From a virus (Duplodnaviria; Caudoviricetes): a DNA stretch of 64,000 nt. The notes beneath the pieces were generated by a model. It searched no databases. It worked only from the letters and a program-made list of their open reading frames with translations, and had not been told where the DNA came from. Each line of letters begins with the position of its first letter. Position 1 is the stretch's first letter. The DNA is taken from positions 1-64,000 of the IMG/VR virus record IMGVR_UViG_2974629863_000001. The stretch is one strand, 5' to 3'. The position numbers and the translations under genes were made by a program. Below, piece by piece: positions 1-8,566 of the stretch.

Positions 1-330
1 GCAAATAGCATAAAATTCGGTAAAACACACAATTTGCAGTCAATTAAACGTCAAAAGACTGCATTTACCGACATATATACGTCAAACCAAGCAATAAACA
101 GGAAAGAACACACATTTAATGTGTTCCAACCAATCAATTGCTTATCTCAGAGACGTTTCACCACCCATTATTCGAGATGTAGTCTTCTACATTGCTTTCA
201 TCGCCCGCAAATTCAGGTGTGTTCTCTTCTATGCCGTTGTAGATCATTGTCTTTTCCTTTCACCCGGTTTAATAACAGTGAAACAATGGTGAGATAGGTA
301 CTCTGCAACCTATCCCCCACAATCAGACTG

Positions 331-1128
331 TTACTCTGCAGTCTTCTTAGTACGTGGCGCACGCTTTGCAACAGGCTTTACTGTCTCCGATGCTGTGTCG
401 TTCTTTGCCCGGTCCAACAGCTCGAGAAGTCGTTCATTCTCTGCCTTCTGTCGCATCAGTTCAGCTTCAGCTTCAGACAACTTGTTAGCAATTTCACGCT
501 TACTAACCGTAGAACTCTGCCAATCACCATTGTTGTAGTGGTAAGTGGTTTCACCTCGCACCATCTTGAAAGGTGCAACATCATCCAACAAGTTGGAATC
601 ATTTGCGGCTGTAATCACTTGTTCTGCAGTGATCCGGCCCTTAGTCACGCCTCGAGAGTCCTGAATCATCTTCCGGGTGATCGAGAACTCACGTGTTTCA
701 TCAGTGGTTGCTCCTTCTGCATCGAGCACGTGACCGTAGATCACCGCCATAACATCATCAGGCTTAGCTGCAACCTGTTCTGCAGGGACGTAGTTGGCAG
801 GAACAGGTTTGCCCTGATCGAACCAGACCTTACGGTTATCGAAAGTGTTCTCCAATTGCTGATCTTCCAACCAGGCAGAGTAGACACGCCGATCACCAAC
901 AGCGAACTTGTATGCCTCTGGCACTTTGATCTGTTCCGGTGTGATTGTGACGTCATACTGCGGTTGTCCTGCATTGAACCAATCAATGAGAACCTGATCA
1001 GCAATGCGCCCGCGTGTCTTCACATCAGGGTTGTTTTCCTGGTACCAAGCCTTTGCCATTGCAACATCTGCACGCTCAAACTCGATGCCGCCTGCAATGT
1101 AGCCCTTTACTTCTACTGCCTTTGCCAT
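331..1128 (-). CDS. Lsr2-like DNA-binding protein
   Basis: AKAWYQENNPDVKTRGRIADQVLIDW matches the Lsr2 C-terminal RGR AT-hook domain; second motif GVTKGRITAEQV; C-terminal coiled coil and basic tail. Start moved to ATG 1128 behind an AAGGA SD. Confidence 0.7.
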   Translation of the reverse strand: MAKAVEVKGYIAGGIEFERADVAMAKAWYQENNPDVKTRGRIADQVLIDWFNAGQPQYDVTITPEQIKVPEAYKFAVGDRRVYSAWLEDQQLENTFDNRKVWFDQGKPVPANYVPAEQVAAKPDDVMAVIYGHVLDAEGATTDETREFSITRKMIQDSRGVTKGRITAEQVITAANDSNLLDDVAPFKMVRGETTYHYNNGDWQSSTVSKREIANKLSEAEAELMRQKAENERLLELLDRAKNDTASETVKPVAKRAPRTKKTAE

Positions 1129-1244
1129 TGTCTTATCCTTTGTTTGTTGGGTTGTTTGAAACGTCAAGTAGTGAACTATCTAGGTTCACTAGGGAACAAC
1201 CACCCGAAGTGGATAGTTATTCCCCAACGAATCGAGATGTTTTC

Positions 1245-1457
1245 TCAGAGGGATTCAAAGTGGATTACTTCACCTATCTCCACCAACCCGCAGCAATCGC
1301 AAGACCAGTAACCACCCGGATCACGAGATTCACCTTGTGCGATCATTCCGACTGATTCCAACCAGGATGAAACGATTGCTTCTTCTGTCGGGTCCAAGTG
1401 TGAGGTATCGCCATTTACAGCGACAACAGTGCATGAATTGCAAAGTGTGTATTCCAT
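1245..1457 (-). CDS. small Cys-rich hypothetical protein
   Basis: ORF with CNSC and CDCCG motifs; GAAGG SD upstream. Confidence 0.55.
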   Translation of the reverse strand: MEYTLCNSCTVVAVNGDTSHLDPTEEAIVSSWLESVGMIAQGESRDPGGYWSCDCCGLVEIGEVIHFESL

Positions 1458-1550
1458 TGTCTTACCTTCTTCCAGCTAGTGAGCCTAGGAACAGCATTGA
1501 ACCTAGAGAGAGAATAAACAGGGTTGCCCAAACGCCTAATGGCAACATGA

Positions 1551-1841
1551 TCAGGCCTTAACGGAACCGTCAAAGTCGAAAGCACTGAAACCACCATCGT
1601 AGTAGCGCTCGATACGCTTTTCGATCTGGTGATCAGTCGGATGAGAAGTGATGAACTCGAGTCCGCAATCTTCCAACCATCCAAGTGCTTCTGTTCTCTG
1701 ATCTGAAGTAAGGAACCACTTATACCCGCTCGAGTTCTCGTGATTCTTCTCAGAGTGTCCTACGGGAAGGATGCAAGCACTTCTGGCACCACCCGGTTCA
1801 ACCTTGCAGAGTGTCTGATTGTGTTCACATGCAACGCACAT
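1551..1841 (-). CDS. hypothetical protein
   Basis: ORF with AAAGGA SD upstream, co-oriented with neighbours. Confidence 0.6.
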   Translation of the reverse strand: MCVACEHNQTLCKVEPGGARSACILPVGHSEKNHENSSGYKWFLTSDQRTEALGWLEDCGLEFITSHPTDHQIEKRIERYYDGGFSAFDFDGSVKA

Positions 1842-1882
1842 TTGTTCGATCCTTTTCTCGAGGGTTTAGAAGTATCTCTGAG

Positions 1883-1929
1883 TGTCCCTAAGTGGAATCG
1901 AACCACTTGAATCAGTACCAACTAGGGAC
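1883..1929 (-). ncRNA. tRNA-like minihelix lacking an anticodon arm
   Basis: Minus strand reads GTCCCTA-GTTGGTACTGATTCA-AGTGG-TTCGATT-CCACT-TAGGGAC-A: 7-bp acceptor stem, canonical T arm, D-loop-like TTGGT. Confidence 0.55.
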
Positions 1930-1937
1930 TATCCGAA

Positions 1938-2060
1938 CTAGAAGTAGAGAGAGTGCAACATCAGAAGCATTGAGACGATGGGTGAATCTTCTTCTACCCC
2001 GGTTGCTGTAAAGCCTAGGTAGTCACCAGTGAGAAGAATGTGAGCCAGTGCAGAGAACAT
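1938..2060 (-). CDS. 40-aa hypothetical protein (not in ORF track)
   Basis: MFSALAHILLTGDYLG...; same CAACAAACAAAGGAT leader as the Lsr2-like gene. Confidence 0.5.
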   Translation of the reverse strand: MFSALAHILLTGDYLGFTATGVEEDSPIVSMLLMLHSLYF

Positions 2061-2097
2061 ATTGTGATCCTTTGTTTGTTGTGGTTGGTGGTGTAGA

Positions 2098-2262
2098 TCA
2101 GTGGGGAAGTGTACCCCGGTTGTACCTCACACTGTTGTAGCGAAAGTGCAGGGCCAAATCATCGAGAGACTTGATCCCCGTATGTAGAACAGTGAGGGCA
2201 AGCTTAGAGTCACTAGCCTTTGCCAGAGAAACAGGTGCCTTCTTTGCCAGAGTTACAGTCAT
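2098..2262 (-). CDS. hypothetical protein
   Basis: MTVTLAKK start behind GAAAAGGA SD. Confidence 0.5.
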   Translation of the reverse strand: MTVTLAKKAPVSLAKASDSKLALTVLHTGIKSLDDLALHFRYNSVRYNRGTLPH

Positions 2263-2619
2263 TGTCTTTTCCTTTTCTGTTGGTGGGTCTAATTGACTGC
2301 AGGTATCTGTCACACACCTGCAGTCCCTTTAGATCAACCAGCATGTGTGCCGTTGTCTCCTTTGGGTTGATATTCCTTTGTCCCTCACCTTGCCTAAGTG
2401 AGTTGACTATCCGGTACGCGGTATCTCTACCTATGTGTAGCCCGGTATGTCTGCCCTGGTATCTCACCAGTACCTAGCTTCCCCTAGATGTTGTATCGGA
2501 TACGTCCGATAACCGTTGCTTGCAGATAATCCTTATCTGCTAGGTGCTTGCAAGCACTTGAATCACCTTCTCTCTCTCGACCGCTTTGAACTTGACCAAA
2601 CATTATCATGCTCATGCAG

Positions 2620-3210
2620 ACACGTATAAGGAACACACACATGCATATGTGCAGGTCACAGGCCTATCTAGAGCCATACATAGGCCTGCAATGGTGCCTA
2701 TAGCTGTACCATAACGGTATGGTAACAGTGTATCTATGCAGGTCACAGGCTTACGTGCATGTGCATGTATCTCATATGGTGGACATATACGATATATGTG
2801 TATGCATCACTCAATGCATAAGTGCTAGCAGAGTGCTTGCAATAGCTATCACTGCAGGTCACAGCTGTAAGTGTGAATCATGGTTACAGTGATGTGTTGC
2901 GTCACGTGACGTAATGATCTTGGACTGTATGTGTCGATCACATAGGCATTCGATTACAGACTGAATGATGATGCTGTATGCCATACATGCAGGTAGATCA
3001 TGCTGATGTGCTGGTGTGTGCAGTACTGCCCTATGCCTGCATCATGTGTGCATCATGGTGTGTCATGCATACGATCACATGCACTCAATACGTCACTGTG
3101 ACGTAAGTATGCGCTGATGGTGATCGTTGCTGATGTGTTGATCAGGTGAATCAGTCGACTCGATGCAGTCTCGAGGCTCATGTGCTCGATGTGTGCAACG
3201 TCACATGCAC
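2620..3210. repeat. non-coding palindrome-rich tract with TGCAGGTCACAG repeats
   Basis: No ORF of 60 aa or more; TGCAGGTCACAG at about 2650, 2737 and 2853; many ATGCAT/CATATG/CACGTG/TGCA palindromes. Confidence 0.7.
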
Positions 3211-3215
3211 AACCC

Positions 3216-3245
3216 TTGACACGTATGTGCGCACTAGTGTAGACT
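3216..3245 (+). promoter_or_regulatory. SigA-type promoter
   Basis: TTGACA-N18-TAGACT. Confidence 0.6.
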
Positions 3246-3251
3246 GAATTT

Positions 3252-3412
3252 GGCGCGGCCTGTATGATGAGTTACATTAAAGAAAATTATCAATTTTGAA
3301 TATATAACTTTTATATGTTAACAACGGTAACACTTAACATGCACGCGCCCCGAAGCTATCTATTTTAGATACAAAAATAGACCCTAATTAATTAGCAATT
3401 AGGGTCTATTTT
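3252..3412 (+). ncRNA. candidate structured small RNA
   Basis: Starts 7 nt after the -10; GGCGCG/CGCGCC, TGTATG/CATGCA and GTTAC/GTAAC nested pairings; ends at a terminator. Confidence 0.45.
3374..3412. terminator. bidirectional intrinsic terminator
   Basis: AAAATAGACCCTAATT-loop-AATTAGGGTCTATTTT, directly after the last gene of the leftward operon. Confidence 0.85.
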
Positions 3413-3592
3413 CTATAGATTATTGTTTTTGTGTGCGTTCAGGAATTGAACAAAGAAGTCTCGGTATTCGTGATTCCAAGATCGATCATTTTTCAAACTA
3501 GTGACTGCTATGATCAACCTATCATATTCTTCTTTGCTCAGAGTGATTTGGTAATCAGGCTCTACGACTGGAACAACTTCTTCAATTTTCAT
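3413..3592 (-). CDS. 59-aa protein, small paralog family (not in ORF track)
   Basis: MKIEEVVPVVEPDYQITLSKEEYDRL...; ATGA overlap with the upstream gene. Confidence 0.65.
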   Translation of the reverse strand: MKIEEVVPVVEPDYQITLSKEEYDRLIIAVTSLKNDRSWNHEYRDFFVQFLNAHKNNNL

Positions 3593-3756
3593 ACTAAGTC
3601 CTTAAAACTAATTAGCTCTAGACAGACATCTCGCTGCTGGTTACTCAGATGTTTCTTATCCCAAGAGTATTCACACAAATCTCTGAGTGCAATCCACTGC
3701 GAAGAAGTCATAGTAATAGTTACGTCAATTTCACGCGCTTGTGCAACAGCTTTCAT
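3589..3756 (-). CDS. small paralog family protein
   Basis: MKAVAQAREIDVTITMTSSQWIALRDL; 4-nt overlaps with both neighbours. Confidence 0.65.
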   Translation of the reverse strand: MKAVAQAREIDVTITMTSSQWIALRDLCEYSWDKKHLSNQQRDVCLELISFKDLV

Positions 3757-3923
3757 GGCAACAACTCGAAACTCAGAACTTCCTTGGCAAAATCGAGCGC
3801 CTCGGTATCCCATTCATCTGTATCTACATCAATGGTTTTACAAATATTTCTGAGTGTATTCCATTCCTTGTCATCAAAGAAAACAGTAATACTATATGCG
3901 GTTGGTTTAACAATACCTTTCAT
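3753..3923 (-). CDS. small paralog family protein
   Basis: YSITVFFDDKEWNTLRNI; ATGA overlaps. Confidence 0.65.
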   Translation of the reverse strand: MKGIVKPTAYSITVFFDDKEWNTLRNICKTIDVDTDEWDTEALDFAKEVLSFELLP

Positions 3924-4090
3924 CGAAAATTCCAATCCTTGAACACGTCATCCAATGCGCGCAGTACTTGTTCGGCAGGTTCCGACAAAGATCCATTACG
4001 CTTGCTTTCTTGCAAGACTAAATGTACTGCTTGAAGTTGCGCCTCGGTTAATTCGGGCTTGTAAATTTTCGTGACTTCAATATCGATCAC
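3920..4090 (-). CDS. 56-aa small paralog family protein (not in ORF track)
   Basis: GTG start, IYKPELTEAQLQAVHLVL; fills the gap with 4-nt overlaps. Confidence 0.6.
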   Translation of the reverse strand: MIDIEVTKIYKPELTEAQLQAVHLVLQESKRNGSLSEPAEQVLRALDDVFKDWNFR

Positions 4091-4275
4091 TTAAGTACCT
4101 CATTTACAATATCTTTAAGTCTTTGCTCTAGTGTAGTATAACTAATCTTCCTATTGGGAGACTCGCGGGATAGCTTCGAGCGAACTACAATAGCGTGTAG
4201 ATCGCCTAATTCATCTTCGGTAAAATCGATGCTAACCTTAATGTTTCTTTCTTCTGAGTATCGTAATTCGTTCAC
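4087..4275 (-). CDS. small paralog family protein
   Basis: IKVSIDFTEDELGDLHAIV. Confidence 0.65.
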   Translation of the reverse strand: MNELRYSEERNIKVSIDFTEDELGDLHAIVVRSKLSRESPNRKISYTTLEQRLKDIVNEVLK

Positions 4276-4565
4276 TTAAGAGCCTCATTTACAATTGTCT
4301 GTAGCTTGGCTACTAGATGATTCTGAGTAGCACCATACTTTTCATGCTGCTCGTACCAAACCTGTGCCCTATATAGAATGCTATTTAGTTCTGAAATATC
4401 TTCTTTATCTAGAACTAGTGAAAGTTGAACATCTTTTCTTAGGTCATGCTGCATTGTTTTTTCGCTTCCTAGGCACCAGCCTATTAGTTTTCCATTTACT
4501 GTAGATTCTGTGCAAGCGCCGCCGAACAGCGGTCCACGCCAGGGCGCATGATTGTGGACTACCAT
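4272..4565 (-). CDS. small paralog family protein (may start at 4454)
   Basis: VQLSLVLDKEDISELNSIL; C-terminus resembles that of 4087..4275. Confidence 0.6.
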   Translation of the reverse strand: MVVHNHAPWRGPLFGGACTESTVNGKLIGWCLGSEKTMQHDLRKDVQLSLVLDKEDISELNSILYRAQVWYEQHEKYGATQNHLVAKLQTIVNEALK

Positions 4566-4744
4566 GCGTCGATATTATCGGCAATTGTCTTACGAATTTC
4601 TGCGACTAATAGACGTTGTGGAGCGCCGATTAAGTCGCCAGCGCATGTGCTCTTACAGAGCCAATAATACAGTGCATGTAGTTCATTGTCATCTAGATCT
4701 AGCGTGAAATGAGTGGTAGTAATTTCTCTACTTTTGATCTGCAT
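4559..4744 (-). CDS. small paralog family protein
   Basis: HFTLDLDDNELHALYYWL; GAGGA SD. Confidence 0.65.
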   Translation of the reverse strand: MQIKSREITTTHFTLDLDDNELHALYYWLCKSTCAGDLIGAPQRLLVAEIRKTIADNIDAW

Positions 4745-4833
4745 GTGTATCCTCTTCTAGTAATTTGTAATACCAATCCACCTGAGACCCACCTAGTGTA
4801 CGTGATTGTATGAATGCATTATTCCAGCATTCT

Positions 4834-5022
4834 TCACAGGCTGGCATAACCGGCCGCTTTCTCGGTAACTTGAAGTAGATCATCTAGTAGTACTAGATGT
4901 GTATAGATGCCATTTACTTCTTCATCGTGCTTCGCACGCAAGAGTAAAGCATGTAGATGATCGATTTCGTTTCCGAAAAATTCGAGCGTTAAACGTGGTT
5001 CAATTTCAAATGTATCTTTCAT
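4834..5022 (-). CDS. small paralog family protein
   Basis: RLTLEFFGNEIDHLHALL; AAGGA SD. Confidence 0.65.
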   Translation of the reverse strand: MKDTFEIEPRLTLEFFGNEIDHLHALLLRAKHDEEVNGIYTHLVLLDDLLQVTEKAAGYASL

Positions 5023-5189
5023 GATTCCTTATTTCGATAGTAAAGCTCTGATATTAACTCAGAGATAAATTCACTTTGCGGATCATATGTACTGAAGTGT
5101 TCTTCTTTCCACGTATATAGTGCTTCCGCCAGGTAGGCGGTTTCTTTTGGACTTAGTGTCAAATTAGTATGACCGATATCTACCTTCAT
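5019..5189 (-). CDS. 56-aa small paralog family protein (not in ORF track)
   Basis: MKVDIGHTNLTLSPKETAYLAEAL; ATGA overlaps on both sides. Confidence 0.6.
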   Translation of the reverse strand: MKVDIGHTNLTLSPKETAYLAEALYTWKEEHFSTYDPQSEFISELISELYYRNKES

Positions 5190-5542
5190 CCTAACTCCAA
5201 TGCGTACAAATCAGCTTGGTACACAGCCTGTTCCCAACATTGGCCTGCGTCTTGTCGGCCCTGTACGTAGTCAATCCATTCCTGAGCATCTTTATCATCT
5301 GTCTCGCAAAGATTAGCTAAGACTGTATAGGCAGGTAGACCTTCTTGCTTAAGTAGCTTTTCCTTATCTACACCTAGATTTACTAAAGCCTGACCTACAA
5401 TACAACTGCCTACTAGTTGACCGTCCTGCTCATCTAGATACTGGCAGGAATCCAAGTGGCCGCCAGGAGGCATATATTGAAAATATGGTCTAGCTTTTGC
5501 TAGTCGCCTTACTTCTTCTTCTACTTCTGAAACCTTGATCAT
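5186..5542 (-). CDS. hypothetical protein, paralog of 6571..6969
   Basis: Shared C.Y, SCIVGQALxNLGV and WIDxVQxRQDxGxxW motifs. Confidence 0.75.
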   Translation of the reverse strand: MIKVSEVEEEVRRLAKARPYFQYMPPGGHLDSCQYLDEQDGQLVGSCIVGQALVNLGVDKEKLLKQEGLPAYTVLANLCETDDKDAQEWIDYVQGRQDAGQCWEQAVYQADLYALELG

Positions 5543-6084
5543 AATGCTCCATTCAGGTCTGAGCCATATATTTGTGACTTATACTTATTTGCGAATTCTA
5601 CAGTTGCTTTATCGTATGGCTTGACAAGGTTTTGTACGATACACTCTCTAGGAGTGTTAGTACTTTCCTTATCTTTATCATAGAACATGAATCCATTCTT
5701 TTGATACGCTTCGGCATATGTTCCATACCGACTATTGCCTGGTCTCTCCAAAGAAATGTTGAATTCAGTAAAGCACTCCGTGTCCGTTTGAGATACGATT
5801 TTAACCCTGAGTCGCTTCTCCGTTTCCTTGCCGAACTTTTCGTCGTAAGTTTCCCATTCAATGGTAGTTAGTGGAGGTCGCATTCGTACAATTAATGTCT
5901 CTGCAATAAGATCTGCGATGGAGAAGTTATGTCCGAAATTTTCGTATTTAAGAACAGCCAACTGCTCTTTGCTTATCCTTGGTTCGGCTCGACGCTTCTT
6001 CAAGAATTTCAATGGTGCAAATTTATAAACCGCCACCGCTGCGCCAAGAAGGAAAAATACTACAAAGATAATGAGTTCAATCAT
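5539..6084 (-). CDS. membrane-anchored hypothetical protein
   Basis: N-terminal hydrophobic helix. Confidence 0.7.
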   Translation of the reverse strand: MIELIIFVVFFLLGAAVAVYKFAPLKFLKKRRAEPRISKEQLAVLKYENFGHNFSIADLIAETLIVRMRPPLTTIEWETYDEKFGKETEKRLRVKIVSQTDTECFTEFNISLERPGNSRYGTYAEAYQKNGFMFYDKDKESTNTPRECIVQNLVKPYDKATVEFANKYKSQIYGSDLNGAL

Positions 6085-6271
6085 CGCTGAGTCGCTTCCT
6101 AAATGTAGGCTGAACCACCACCAACTTCTTTAGTACTTCAGATAAAGCTAATGCCTGAGAAGGAGTTAGATCAATCTCATCATCATCTTGCTTAAGTTCG
6201 ATCAGATCACCGGTGCAGGTAAATAGAATTGGACTTGAATTTTCGTCTTCAGGAATAGTTAGTTCAATCAT
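6077..6271 (-). CDS. hypothetical protein
   Basis: ORF in operon; IDLTPSQALAL echoes the small paralog motif. Confidence 0.65.
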   Translation of the reverse strand: MIELTIPEDENSSPILFTCTGDLIELKQDDDEIDLTPSQALALSEVLKKLVVVQPTFRKRLSDD

Positions 6272-6557
6272 TATTATTATTACTTTCTGAGTCTAGTGGT
6301 CGTTCATTCCAAGAGAATCCACATTGCGGACAAGTTCTCCTGATTACGTCAAAATTAATTGGTGTTGGTCTCGGCATTTCTGGGCACATGGCCCGAGAAA
6401 ATTCAGATACATAGTATCCGAAAGAATCTCTGTCATATCTAACTGTAATGTATTTGAAGTGACACTTTCTACAGATTGAATCTTTTGTGAAAAGCGTAGT
6501 CTTCATATAATTCAGTCGAGCTTTTTCTAGACCTTCTTCATAATTTTTCGGGTCCAT
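6264..6557 (-). CDS. putative zinc-ribbon protein
   Basis: CRKC ... CPQCG. Confidence 0.65.
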   Translation of the reverse strand: MDPKNYEEGLEKARLNYMKTTLFTKDSICRKCHFKYITVRYDRDSFGYYVSEFSRAMCPEMPRPTPINFDVIRRTCPQCGFSWNERPLDSESNNNND

Positions 6558-6570
6558 TGCTTACCTTCTC

Positions 6571-6969
6571 TTAAAGTGTGTATGAAACTTTAGCTAATGC
6601 ACGCTCATCGGCATAGTTAATAGCATCGGACCAAGTATTACCGGAGTCTTGTCGCACCTGGACCCGATCAATCCAAACTAGCGTGTTCATATGGAAATCA
6701 AGATCTTTATCCGAAAGCTGCAAAATTTCCTGAATAATTTTCGTTGAGGTCCAGTTCTCATACTTACTCAGGACTTCTAAAGGCACCCCGAGATTATTTA
6801 GTGCCTGTCCTACAATACAACTGGCCCTACCATCAAAGACATAGAGACAAGGAACTCCGCAGTTCAATCCCTCTACACCTGAGTCCCTCTTGTAATTGAA
6901 ATCAGGGTACTTGGTTGCTAGTCGTGTAATTTCCCAACGCACCTGCGCGGGTGTGAAGTTATAGTTCAT
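6571..6969 (-). CDS. hypothetical protein, paralog of 5186..5542
   Basis: SCIVGQALNNLGV ... WIDRVQVRQDSGNTW. Confidence 0.75.
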   Translation of the reverse strand: MNYNFTPAQVRWEITRLATKYPDFNYKRDSGVEGLNCGVPCLYVFDGRASCIVGQALNNLGVPLEVLSKYENWTSTKIIQEILQLSDKDLDFHMNTLVWIDRVQVRQDSGNTWSDAINYADERALAKVSYTL

Positions 6970-7474
6970 TAGTCCATGCCTTAAGTATTTGTTTGTGCTT
7001 CTCGATTAGTTCATCTAACGGATCTGCTTTAGGTTCTGGCTGTGGGTACTTTTCCGAGTACTCATCCATCAACCTCCAAAATGCGACTGATCTTTCGTCT
7101 TCTGCTAATCCATTTTTATACACGTGCTTTGCCAGAGGCTTCAGATCTTTTCTCACTTCGGCGGGTAGACGTAAGTAAACATTGATTCGCCTAGCTCCTA
7201 CATCGTTATACATAGAGTCTCGCTTGGAGAGGAAGACTCTAAAAATTATATGAGCAATGCTTAATAGCACTAGCGGAATAGATACAATAAAGAGCCAGCT
7301 AAAAGCTACCAATGAAAATAACAGAGTAGCTACTGAAACTACATACGTTGGAAACATAAATGCCATTGCAGCATCGGTATAGAGGTTCTGGATGAAACAG
7401 GCTTTGGGAATATAAAATGGGATTTTTGCAGCTAGTTTGTCATTCCCGTCTGCGTGTCCTAGGTAGAGCGGCAT
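6959..7474 (-). CDS. membrane protein
   Basis: Two adjacent hydrophobic segments; GAGGAG SD. Confidence 0.7.
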   Translation of the reverse strand: MPLYLGHADGNDKLAAKIPFYIPKACFIQNLYTDAAMAFMFPTYVVSVATLLFSLVAFSWLFIVSIPLVLLSIAHIIFRVFLSKRDSMYNDVGARRINVYLRLPAEVRKDLKPLAKHVYKNGLAEDERSVAFWRLMDEYSEKYPQPEPKADPLDELIEKHKQILKAWTNEL

Positions 7475-7510
7475 CGTGGCTCCTCGGTTGGTTGGCGTGT
7501 GGAATCCACC

Positions 7511-7735
7511 CTAGTCTAGAGTCGAGTCGTTGTCAAGCGTTACCAGAAACGGGCCATATTCCGCCAGAAAATCTCCGGCGATCCAGGTGTCATCTTCATC
7601 TAAATATTCATATACGTCAGGTTCATTGTAACTAAGCTTAAGATCTTCCTTGTTACCATTGATGAAACAAGAAAATGCAACATGGGGAGGAACTTCATCT
7701 AAGTCATAGTATAATTTTGTTTGTCTATCATTCAT
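7511..7735 (-). CDS. hypothetical protein
   Basis: Acidic ORF in the leftward operon. Confidence 0.6.
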   Translation of the reverse strand: MNDRQTKLYYDLDEVPPHVAFSCFINGNKEDLKLSYNEPDVYEYLDEDDTWIAGDFLAEYGPFLVTLDNDSTLD

Positions 7736-7864
7736 GGTTCTGCCTCGCGGTCGGAAGATCGGCTAGTAGATAGGCTACTCTTGTGATCTGATGATCAATA
7801 ACCTTCCAGTCCTGAGTACGATAACCAAGTTCTAGATTAACAAGGATTGTCCTGAGTTCATTGT

Positions 7865-8239
7865 TCATTGGAACCATCCATATCTGGCATTATTACTAAT
7901 GTTCTGTCGATAAGTTTCTTTAGCCAAAGCTAGTTCAGCTCTGAGTTGACGAATTGTTTGAGAAGCCTTGCCATATTGCTTACCTAAAGCAACATGATTT
8001 CTATCACGTTCTCGATATGCAATGCGAGAAATATTAGCTCTAGTCCAAGCTGTTTCATAGTATTGCTGATCTAAAAGAATCTTGACATACTCTAGATCTT
8101 CTTTCTTAGCTTTGTCATGTCCCATCCAAGTAATCGGAAGACCTAGTTCCTCTAGCCTGGCTAATCGAAGTGCTTCTGCTTTTTGATATTGCTCTTCATA
8201 GAAGGACATATCCCAATTAAAACTCTTACTGATTCCCAT
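7865..8239 (-). CDS. hypothetical protein
   Basis: Helical ORF with TAATG overlap. Confidence 0.65.
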   Translation of the reverse strand: MGISKSFNWDMSFYEEQYQKAEALRLARLEELGLPITWMGHDKAKKEDLEYVKILLDQQYYETAWTRANISRIAYRERDRNHVALGKQYGKASQTIRQLRAELALAKETYRQNISNNARYGWFQ

Positions 8240-8421
8240 TACTGCTTTCCTTTACACTCAGATAGACAGAATTCACAAACCATCCAGGGCCATTTAGTCA
8301 TGGGTGCTTCTCTGTCTACTACTGGTCCGGTCAATTCCCATCTAAATTCAATTCTTAGATAGCCTACGTTTCCACAAGCTGTGCATTGTACGTTAGAAAA
8401 GTCCATTTGTTCTAAGTTCAT
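8239..8421 (-). CDS. putative zinc-ribbon protein
   Basis: CTACG ... CEFC. Confidence 0.6.
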   Translation of the reverse strand: MNLEQMDFSNVQCTACGNVGYLRIEFRWELTGPVVDREAPMTKWPWMVCEFCLSECKGKQ

Positions 8422-8566
8422 TTTGGATTCCTTCTATGCCAATCACTAGCCTTCAGTTCACGAATCTTTTCTACGCATTCTTCTAGGCTCAATACTTTAG
8501 CTCCCCATGGATTGCCAAGTGCGTAGCCAATCTCCTGTTGCCACTCATAAGCTTCACGTTCAGTAA

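Noticed and set aside
1883-1929. Calling this element a functional tRNA gene
   Set aside because: It has no anticodon arm and is only 47 nt, so it is reported as a tRNA-like element.
2620-3210. Possible CRISPR or mini-array
   Set aside because: Repeats are only 12 bp, irregularly spaced, and no cas genes are present.
7788-7830. CTGATGA hammerhead-like core
   Set aside because: No GAAA or flanking stems, and it lies within a small minus-strand ORF (7728..7868).
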